NCBI GenBank assembly: GCA_020348925.1
Contig: CP070758.1
Span: 1,630,469 to 1,665,159 of the forward strand
Length of the DNA stretch: 34,691 bases
Source: Gemmatimonadota bacterium
Lineage (GTDB): Bacteria > JBHIER01 > G020348925
Reading direction: 5' to 3'
The notes beneath the pieces were generated by a model. The model was not told the origin of the DNA. It saw nothing but the letters and a program-made list of their open reading frames with translations, and ran no database searches. Positions 8,950 to 17,900 of the stretch are shown here, piece by piece. Within the stretch, counting starts at the first letter, position 1, and each line of letters opens with the position of its first letter. The position numbers were made by a program, and so were the translations under genes.

Positions 8950-10698
8950 ATGAAGACAGTATCAAAAAAAGATTTCCGTTTCTTCTGGAGTGAATTTTTT
9001 CTGTGCGTTTTTGTCTCGCTGTTCGCAACGTGCCTCATCGGTGGATGCGGCGGTTCTCGGATGTTTGTACCACCGGAGCCGGTTCCTGATGACAGAAGGC
9101 CTGTACCGGAGTCTGATGAAAAGGAGATTAATATATACGCAGATAATGTGGATAAACTCGTTTCGAAGCAGATTGGAAAACTTTTCGATACGTCTCAACA
9201 TGTCCGAAAGGCTTTTGGCAAACCGAAACAGGCTTATAACGTTGATGCATTTGGCGAAGTTCCCAATTCGAGCTGGTTCACGAATCGCAATGGTTCGCAG
9301 TGTATGACATTAGAGGAAATCAGCCGGGGACCCAATACTGGCATGGGACCCGACACATCTGGCACTTGGAAAATCTTTCGGGCGAAGGCGGAAGGTGTTA
9401 CCCCCGGTTTCTCAATTGAGGACAAACATGGGGAGCGATATCTTATTAAATTTGACCCGAAGGGGTATAGTGAAATGGCCACAGGTGCCGAGGTGGTCTC
9501 CACAAAATTGCTCCATGCGGCGGGATATAATGTGCCGGAGAATTACATTGTCTATTTTCATCCCCGGATACTCAGATTGGGTGAAAAGGTGAAATTTACT
9601 GATAAAAAGGGACAAACACGTTTTATGACGGAGGTAGACCTTGAAGAACTTCTTGGGAGAATTGAGTACCTTCCGGATGGACGCATTCGAGCGGCGGCAA
9701 GTAAATTATTACCTGGAAAGACAAAGGGACCTTTTCGCTATGAGAGCACGGTGAAGGATGATCCCAACGACTTCATTCCTCATCAACACCGTCGTGAGTT
9801 ACGTGCTTTGAGGGTTGTTGCAGCCTGGTTGAATCATTACGACACAAAAGCCAACAATAGTCTCGATGTCTACACAGAAGAAGGTTATGTGAAGCATTAC
9901 TTGATAGATTTCGGTTCCACACTGGGAAGTCAGGGAAATGAGCCGATGCCTCCCTTTATTGGTTTCGAAGGAAGTTTCGATCTGTTTCAAATATTGAAAC
10001 AGCTGTGTACCTTTGGATTTCACATTCGACCCTGGGAGAAGGCTGATCCTATTCAGTATCCCTCTGTGGGGCGTTTTCACAATCGTGACTTCAATCCTCA
10101 GCAGTACAAATTTATTCTACCCAATCCCGCCTTTCAGAAAATGATGAAGCTGGACGGTTACTGGGGGGCGAAGCTGGTCATGTCCTTCACGGATGAGCAG
10201 ATCGAAGCCGCTGTGGCTCAGGGTCAGTATTCGGATCCTGAGGCAGAGGCATATTTAATTCAGACGCTCATTGAGCGACGGGATATCATCGGTCGATATT
10301 GGTTTCGGCGAGTGCCATCATTGGATGCATTCGAATTGGAGAATAATTCCAATGGTATCCAAAAACTCTGTTTTACTGATTTGGCTGTTGCTACGGGATT
10401 GGAATCCTCGGACGAGTCACGCTATCGTTACCGTTTGAAAGTGCTCCCTGGAAATAATATCATATCGCGATATCAGGATATTGGAACCACAACGTGTATT
10501 CCGCTCCCAACTCCGCGTAAAATTGTAGCGGAATTGCAGAAGGGAAATTCGACCTTACCGTCGGAATGGCAACTTCAGGTGTCCTTGCTGGTGAAGCGAG
10601 GGAATAAGGAAAAATGGAGCACTTGGATCAGGGTGTATCTCGTTATAGAAGAAGGAGTCAATGAATATTCGTTGCTCGGAATAGAGCGTGAAGGGTAA
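8950..10698 (+). CDS. Predicted lipoprotein with atypical protein-kinase-like (HipA/PI3K-PI4K-like) catalytic motifs
   Basis: ATG 8950 after GAGAGGG. Basic N-terminus, hydrophobic stretch, then lipobox IGG-C33. Motifs in kinase order: EGVTPG, YLIKFD, GAEVVSTKLLHAAGYNVP, WLNHYDTKANN and YLIDFG. Confidence 0.7.
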   Translation: MKTVSKKDFRFFWSEFFLCVFVSLFATCLIGGCGGSRMFVPPEPVPDDRRPVPESDEKEINIYADNVDKLVSKQIGKLFDTSQHVRKAFGKPKQAYNVDAFGEVPNSSWFTNRNGSQCMTLEEISRGPNTGMGPDTSGTWKIFRAKAEGVTPGFSIEDKHGERYLIKFDPKGYSEMATGAEVVSTKLLHAAGYNVPENYIVYFHPRILRLGEKVKFTDKKGQTRFMTEVDLEELLGRIEYLPDGRIRAAASKLLPGKTKGPFRYESTVKDDPNDFIPHQHRRELRALRVVAAWLNHYDTKANNSLDVYTEEGYVKHYLIDFGSTLGSQGNEPMPPFIGFEGSFDLFQILKQLCTFGFHIRPWEKADPIQYPSVGRFHNRDFNPQQYKFILPNPAFQKMMKLDGYWGAKLVMSFTDEQIEAAVAQGQYSDPEAEAYLIQTLIERRDIIGRYWFRRVPSLDAFELENNSNGIQKLCFTDLAVATGLESSDESRYRYRLKVLPGNNIISRYQDIGTTTCIPLPTPRKIVAELQKGNSTLPSEWQLQVSLLVKRGNKEKWSTWIRVYLVIEEGVNEYSLLGIEREG

Positions 10699-10710
10699 GG
10701 AAACGTACTT

Positions 10711-11961
10711 ATGAAAATGAGATCGGTAATTACACGAACAGCTTATTGTGTCGTTACGGTTCTTATACTCGGGGCTGGTCTTCGTTGTGCACGAACAGGA
10801 TTTGTGGTTGAGAAATATCCTGAGGATTTTTACGTCGTTCCCAAGCTTTTGCCGGATATCCGGAACAATGATAAAGTGACGTTTCTTGTTTACAGCGACA
10901 ACCAGGCTGGTTGGCGAGTGAAAGAGAAATTTTTAAACAGATCCAACTGGACGAGCTGGAAAATGGTTATGGTTCCCTTTTACCAATTGTATTTGTTCGG
11001 GAATGGTCTATGGGGTTTTGCAAACTGGCTTCGACACGTCCCGGATTACGGTAAAAAAGAGCGCATTATGGTCAGGGATGCGATTTACGCGGAAGCGCAG
11101 AAAACCGGCGTGGATTTTATTTTAAACATCGGTGATCTCGTCACTCATGACGGTCGCCGGCCTTCTCATTGGGCCACGTTTCTGAAAGAGAACAAAGCTG
11201 AGCATCCTCTGCTCAAGGAAATACCGTACCTTCCTGTTCTTGGCAACCATGAGCGAGGGAACGATACCACGTATGGTTTTTCCAACTTTGAAGCGGTCTT
11301 CGGTTATCCCAGATTTTACGTCGTCGAATGCACGCATGGCGTCCTCATTGTGGTCGATTCAAATCTCATTCTGGACCAGTATCAGTATATCGACGATGAT
11401 GTGCAGGAGGAATTGTTTGAAAAATGGTTTGTGTCTGGCGAAGATGCCAAGGAGCGGTCTTGGTTGGAGAAACAGCTTTCATTGTATGACAAATCTTTCA
11501 AGATCGTCGCTATGCACAATCCACCGATTTCCTTCGGGAAACATCATGCAGATTGGTTGGAGCAGTCCAACGGCAGAAATCTTCTTGAGAAACGACAACA
11601 ACTTCTCAAATTGATTGGAGAGCATGGTGTGCAGGTTGTTTTTTCCGGACACGATCATCTGTATCAGCACAGCGTACTGCAGTGCGGCGACCAGCAACGC
11701 GTGCACTTGATTGTTGGTGGCGGAGGTGGCGCGACTCTTCGGGGAGGATATGATCCAGAGGTTCAGATGAAGTATCAACAGCATTTCGTCAATGAGGGCC
11801 TGGATGTCTCTCTTCTGAATCAAGCGATGATCTATCATTATTATTGCGTTCAGGTGAACGCGAGTGAACTCGTCATAAAAGTCATTGAAGTCACTATGAA
11901 AGAAGAACAACCTACGAGTTTGGTGGAGGAAATCCGAATAGAAAAAACGGTTAAGGATTGA
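10711..11961 (+). CDS. Exported calcineurin-like metallophosphoesterase (purple-acid-phosphatase-like)
   Basis: Motifs YSDNQ, GDLV, GNHE, AMH and SGHDH in order. The N-terminal signal-like segment ends in a Cys (possible lipoprotein). AAGGA upstream of the start. Confidence 0.85.
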   Translation: MKMRSVITRTAYCVVTVLILGAGLRCARTGFVVEKYPEDFYVVPKLLPDIRNNDKVTFLVYSDNQAGWRVKEKFLNRSNWTSWKMVMVPFYQLYLFGNGLWGFANWLRHVPDYGKKERIMVRDAIYAEAQKTGVDFILNIGDLVTHDGRRPSHWATFLKENKAEHPLLKEIPYLPVLGNHERGNDTTYGFSNFEAVFGYPRFYVVECTHGVLIVVDSNLILDQYQYIDDDVQEELFEKWFVSGEDAKERSWLEKQLSLYDKSFKIVAMHNPPISFGKHHADWLEQSNGRNLLEKRQQLLKLIGEHGVQVVFSGHDHLYQHSVLQCGDQQRVHLIVGGGGGATLRGGYDPEVQMKYQQHFVNEGLDVSLLNQAMIYHYYCVQVNASELVIKVIEVTMKEEQPTSLVEEIRIEKTVKD

Positions 11962-12036
11962 TCTGATATCATTGATAATGTTTTCATTCAAGTTTAGGCT
12001 TCGAAGTTAATAATCGGGGCAATCTGGGAAGAACGA

Positions 12037-13377
12037 ATGACCATTCCTCGGTCGAAGAGCGTTTTGGATCGATTTTTGAATCTCTTTACGGAAGTGCGTT
12101 CCGGTGAGGGGATATCGGCCGTCCTGTTGTGCTTCAACATTTTTCTCATATTAACGGCCTATTATAGTATTAAGCCTGTGCGTGAAGCTTTGATCCTGGC
12201 GGGTGGGGGGGCAGAGCTGAAGAGCTACATGTCTGCGGCCCAGGCGATTCTCCTGTTAGGTTTCGTTCCTCTGTATAGTATGCTGGCCAGCCGATTTCCT
12301 CGCCGCTCCCTGATCAATATTGTCACGTTCTTTTTCGCAGGCTGTCTCGGTCTGTTTTATATCCTGGCGCAGGTTCGGATTCCTCTCGGCGTCATCTTTT
12401 TCATATGGGTCGGTATTTTCAGTTTAATGGTCACCGCCCAATTCTGGGCTTTTGCCAATGATCTCTATACGCCGGAAGCTGGGAAGCGAATTTTTGTCAT
12501 CGTCGCTTTCGGTGCTTCGGCGGGAGCTGTATTTGGAGGGTTTGTTGCGGGGCGACTGATCGTACCATTGGGTGTGTATCAACTCATGCTCGTGTCCGGC
12601 GTTCTTTTGCTTCTCAGCTTGATTTTCACAAATGTGGTCGATTCCAGGCAAAAGAAGGTAATTATTGAAGCGAAGCGAGACGACCAAATCGTTGAAGAAC
12701 CTTTGAAAAAAGCGAGAGCCTTCAAACTCGTATTTCAAAACAAGTATCTTTTACTGATTGCCTTTCTCATCCTTTTTATCAACTGGGTGAATACAACAGG
12801 CGAATATATTCTTGGCCGGACCGTTTCCGAAGCCGCGACGCGTGCCATCAGTTCTGGAGAAGTGGGAGGATTAACCGAGGCGGAATATATCGGCAAGTTT
12901 TATGCTGATTTCTTTACCGTTGTCAATTTGATCGGTCTGTTGATGCAACTGTTTATCGTCTCGAGGGTATTGAAATATTTAGGCATCCGCATTGCCATAC
13001 TTTTTCTGCCCTTGATAGCTCTGGGCGGTTATTTCATTATTGCCTTCTTACCAATGCTATCGATCGTTCGCATAGCAAAGACCGCTGAAAACTCTACGGA
13101 CTATTCACTTCAAAACACAGTCAGGCACGCTCTCTTTTTACCCACAACACGCGAGGAGAAATACAAAGCAAAACAGGCCGTTGATACTTTTTTCTGGCGA
13201 GCCGGTGATGTATTATCTGCCGCTGTAGTGGCAATTGGAACGAACATTCTTGCTTTCCACACGAAACAATTCGCACTGGTCAATATTTTTCTTGTGTTGA
13301 TCTGGTTAGGTCTTGGTCTGATGATTGGTAAAGAAAACAAGAGGCTAACGGTAAAATATAATGAGAGCGGGCCATAA
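12037..13377 (+). CDS. NTT/TLC family (Npt1/Npt2, ATP/ADP translocase-like) nucleotide transporter
   Basis: About 12 TM segments. Family motifs YYSIKPVREAL, FWAFANDLYTPEAGKRIF and DYSLQNTVRHALFLPTTREEKYKAKQAVDTFFWRAGD. Confidence 0.88.
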   Translation: MTIPRSKSVLDRFLNLFTEVRSGEGISAVLLCFNIFLILTAYYSIKPVREALILAGGGAELKSYMSAAQAILLLGFVPLYSMLASRFPRRSLINIVTFFFAGCLGLFYILAQVRIPLGVIFFIWVGIFSLMVTAQFWAFANDLYTPEAGKRIFVIVAFGASAGAVFGGFVAGRLIVPLGVYQLMLVSGVLLLLSLIFTNVVDSRQKKVIIEAKRDDQIVEEPLKKARAFKLVFQNKYLLLIAFLILFINWVNTTGEYILGRTVSEAATRAISSGEVGGLTEAEYIGKFYADFFTVVNLIGLLMQLFIVSRVLKYLGIRIAILFLPLIALGGYFIIAFLPMLSIVRIAKTAENSTDYSLQNTVRHALFLPTTREEKYKAKQAVDTFFWRAGDVLSAAVVAIGTNILAFHTKQFALVNIFLVLIWLGLGLMIGKENKRLTVKYNESGP

Positions 13378-13455
13378 TCTTATTTTCAAAGGTACGATCG
13401 AATGCACACTGACATTCCTTCCCATTTTTCAAGAAAGCAGCATGACTGAATCAAG

Positions 13456-14480
13456 ATGAGCACATTCATTCGAAAATTATTTGACATACGAGAAGGTGAA
13501 GGTTTGAGGGCCACTCTCATGTTCACTTATATTTTCCTCATTATCGCTTCCCTTCTAATTGTCAAGCCTGTTCGAAATTCTCTCTTTTTGACGCATATGG
13601 GAGTTTCAAAACTCCCATACGCGTTCATTTTGGTTGCCATATCAGCCGCTGTCATCATCAGCCTCTATTCAAAATTTACGAATAGAATCCAGCTCAATCG
13701 AATGATGCTCTATGCCACAGTGTTTGCAATCACGCTTCTTCTTGGTTTCTATGTTTTGCTCTCTTTGGATTATGGGGCTGGTTGGTTCTATTATGCTTTC
13801 TATGTCTGGGTGGCCATTTTTGGGGTGCTTTCGACATCGAATTTCTGGCTCTTGGCGAACTATATGTTCAATGCCCGTGAGGCCAAGCGCCTCTTCGGCT
13901 TTATCGGATCGGGAGCCATAGCCGGTGGCATCTTTGGCGGCTATTTGACAAATGTCCTTGCCCCCGTAATTGGAACGAAAAATATGATTCTCTTCTGCGT
14001 TGGGTTTGCGGTGTGTTGCCTCTGTATTCTGACACAAGTCTGGAGGAGATGGGCACGACGGAATTATGATGACCGTATCCATCGAGAGAGAAGGATGGCC
14101 GATCATTCATCTCGGGAGAGTATCCTTAATACTATTCTGAACTCCAGGCACTTGACATACATCGCGGGTGTTGTCGGTATCGGTGTCATCGTCGCCAATC
14201 TGGTCGATTACCAGTTCAATGCGGTTGCCAGTGAGGTCATCACGGATGAAGATAAGCTCACGGCTTTTTTTGGATTTTGGTTGTCAAGCCTCAGTATTGC
14301 CTCTCTTTGCATCCAACTCTTCTTAACCGGCCGCATATTAAGAGTGTTTGGTGTCATGGCGTCTCTGTCCTTTCTGCCTGTGGGAATTTTCATAGGTGCT
14401 GCGGGGATTTTGTTTCAACCGGCATTGTGGTCCGCAGTCTTCATCAAGGTGAGTGACGGCAGCTTCAAACATTCCATCTA
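13456..14480 (+). CDS. Second NTT/TLC family transporter, 3'-truncated by the assembly gap
   Basis: IVKPVRNSLFL, FWLLANYMFNAREAKRLFGFI, LVDYQF and DGSFKHSI; the ORF runs into the Ns at 14481. Confidence 0.85.
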
Positions 14481-14580
14481 NNNNNNNNNNNNNNNNNNNN
14501 NNNNNNNNNNNNNNNNNNNNNNNNNNNNNNNNNNNNNNNNNNNNNNNNNNNNNNNNNNNNNNNNNNNNNNNNNNNNNNNN
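14481..14580. other. Scaffold gap (100 N); true size unknown
   Basis: Run of exactly 100 N. Confidence 1.
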
Positions 14581-14659
14581 TGGATACACCCCATAAACGT
14601 AAAAATGGTCATGATAGAGTGTTCGAAACCAGTATTCTTTAGCCTGGTTTATTCATGAG

Positions 14660-14772
14660 CTGTCATTCCGGCCCCCGTAATAGAATACGGGGTAAACTCC
14701 GTGCCGGAATCTCCTCGATTGATGCAACGGATTCTCTGTTCAGGAGATTGCGGGATAAACCCGGAATGACAG
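14660..14772. repeat. REP-like palindromic element (GTCATTCC...GGAATGAC type)
   Basis: Perfect 12-bp terminal inverted repeat CTGTCATTCCGG / CCGGAATGACAG. Internal inverted pairs CCCCGTA/TACGGGG and AATCTCCT/AGGAGATT. Confidence 0.75.
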
Positions 14773-14925
14773 AGTATACAATTGTGGGAGATACTACCGA
14801 ACAAAGTTCAACACCAGTGTTCATTAAAATACCATAAATACATTCATGTTACGTTGCGTTTGCAGTGGTTTTATGAATTATCCAGGCTAAAGCTTTCTTG
14901 AACCCTTTTCATTCCGAGATCGAAC

Positions 14926-17900
14926 GTGATTTCTAAACGCATAGCGACCCCTTTCATGGCGGCTAGTTTTTTCTTGATCTGCCCGCGAGTGCTCGGACTG
15001 TGGATACACCTGGACTTTCCTGTAGAGCAGATTGAGACGAGTCGGGCAGAGCCCATCTACGTACGACACGCCGATCGATTTGAAAGCGAAACCAGGGAAG
15101 GCCATGAGGTACGATCATTCTTCGGGGATGTTGAGATCGAACATCGTGAAACGCGGATTACGTGTGATCGCGCCACATACATTGAGTATGAAAATAAGGT
15201 TCTGCTGAGCGGTCGTGTCGAAATCCAACAGCCTGTGCGGCTCATTCTGGCGGATCAGGTCGAATATTTTGAGAGGATCCGTGAAATCATCGGGAGTGGC
15301 GATACGGTCCGTGTTGTCGATTCTGAGAAAGGCGTCACCGCCCAAGGAGGATATATCCGGTATAATTTAAATTCGGAAACCGGCTATATTACCAAGAGAC
15401 CGCAACTGTTCAAATATTCAGAAGGGAACGCGCTCGAGGCCACCCTAAGCGGCGATGTCATTGAGCTCTTTTCCCAGGAGAAGCGAGCTGTGGCGCGGGG
15501 GGATTCCGTTCGATTGTATGATCTGAAGAACAATTTGGAACTCCATGGAAAAAATGTATCCTACTACTATGAGAAGAGGTATGCTGTGGCCGCAGGGCTG
15601 CCAAAAATCAGGAAGCACGATGAGGCGGACTCGCTCTTCATGACTGTGACGAGTGATACCGTTGAGCTTTTTTCAGATGAGGAACTCTTGAAAGCTTTCG
15701 GAAACGTGAGAATAGAACGGGAGGGGTTTTCAGCACAAGGCGGTCAAGCCCTCTTCTCCGAAAGAGGGGAAAAAGTGGTTTTAAGAAAAAATCCGACACT
15801 GCGGCACTCTACAAATACACTCGTCGGTGAAGAGATCGAGCTGATCCTTGAGGATTGGAAGGTGGCACGAGTTTTGGCTTACGGCCATGCGCAGGCAACA
15901 TCCACCTCCAGGGAGGACAGCGTCGGAGTGCCTGTGAACGTGAACGAGCTGGCCGGAAAGAGGATCACTCTCTTTTTGCGGGATGAGGAGGCTGAAAGTC
16001 TTGTTGTGGCAGGAACTGCCACCAGCCTTTACCATTTACAAGAAGACCAGGATCAGCGAGCGATGAACGAAGCGAGTGGAGACACGATCACCCTCTTTTT
16101 CCTGGAAGGAAAAATTGATGATATTCGCATCATGGGTGGGACACGAGGGACATATTACGCGCATTCCTTGGGTGCGGCCGAAGCGGTGGATACGGTCTCA
16201 TACCTCTCAGATCGAATTGACTACAATATAGACGAGGGGATCATAATCCTGCTTGGGAACAACCGCATCGAATATCGAAATATCGTCTTAACCGCCGGTC
16301 GTATTACATTCAATACGGCGACTGATAGGCTGACGGCTGAGGGTGTCCGTGATACCGTCGGCCGCGTATCTGGCAGCCCTGTACTGAAGGAGGGAGAGGA
16401 GCACATAGAGGGAGAGTGGTTGGATTATAATATGAAGACGAGAAAGGGCAAGATCAGGAGAGGTGAAACCAAGTTTGAAAAAGGTTTTTACCATGGCGAA
16501 AAAATCCGTAAAGTGGCTGACAAGACGTTGAATATCGATCATGGGAGATACACGACGTGCGATCAGAAAATCCCCCACTACCACTTTTATACTCGGAGGA
16601 TGAAGTTTTACCAGAATGATAAGGTCATAGTGAAACCGGTTGTTCTATGTTTCGGGGATGTTCCTGTTCTGGCATTGCCCTTTTACATCTTTCCCATTAA
16701 AAAAGGACGTCATTCAGGGCTCCTCATTCCCCGTTACGGGAGTACCGACAGAGACGGTCGGTACCTCAGGGATGCGGGGTACTATTATGCTCCGAGCGAG
16801 TATTGGGACGCTTTGGCCAAATTCAGTTTTTACGAGTGGACAGGCTGGATGGTCGAATCACGGTTTCGATATGCCCTCCGGTACAACTTTGGTGGGAGCA
16901 TCGGGGGTTCATATCGATGGGACAGGAGATACGTTGGATCCTCCGAAGAAAGGAGGGAGAGGTGGAATTTCAAGTTCAATCACAATCATACCATACGACC
17001 CAGTTTGAGCGTGAAAGCATCGGGCGATTTCGTGAGTGATGCCAGCTACTATCAGGATGTGAGCTTCAGTGCACTGGAACGAATGGAGCGCACCCTTCGG
17101 TCCGAGCTCATTTTTGATAAACGATGGGAGGGAAGCAGTATGAGTCTCCGCTTCAATCACGAACGAAATTTGGATAGGAAACGCACGACCGAAAATCTCC
17201 CGATTCTTACATTTCGGAGGTCCCAGCGTCCACTGTTCAGGACCGGTTCGGAGAGGGGCGAGGGTCATGCGAGCACATCGAAAAAGTGGTACCACGCCCT
17301 GTCATACTCGTACAATTTTCTCTTTGTAAACTGGGACAGCAAGGTGGGCGATGATTCTGAACGGCACATTGGAGCGGATCATCGGATCGATCTCTCCGGT
17401 CCCCAATCGATCGGGGAGTGGTTGCATCTCACTCCAAGAATGAAGTTCCGTGAAACGTGGTTCGACGAGGACACAACGGGTAATCAATGGGTCCGCCGTG
17501 GATCCTACGAGGCCAGCCTTTCAGCCAACACCACATTGTACGGTCTTTTTCGCCCTCGTATCGGACCGCTGACCATGGTGCGTCATAAGATACAGCCCCG
17601 GCTTTCCTTCACGTACAGACCTGATTTTGAGAACAGGGGTCGTTATTATAGCTTTGGCGGCATCGGAGCTCTTGCCGGTCCTCAAAAGGTTGTCGGAATG
17701 GGCATCAGCAATTTTTTTCAGGGCAAGACGATGACTGAGAACGGTGAAAAAAAATTTGATATTGCCACGCTCGATGTAACCACCGGTTACGATTTCAGAG
17801 CTCTAGGCCCGAAATTCGGAACGGTCAATACGGCCCTCCGGATCTATCCTTCAAAAGGACTCAATATCGACTTGAACGCCACCCACAGTCTCTATGACAG

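Noticed and set aside
14581-14658. ORF-track extension of the second NTT across the gap (13456..14658)
   Set aside because: The frame across 100 Ns is arbitrary, and the post-gap peptide lacks the expected NTT C-terminal motifs.
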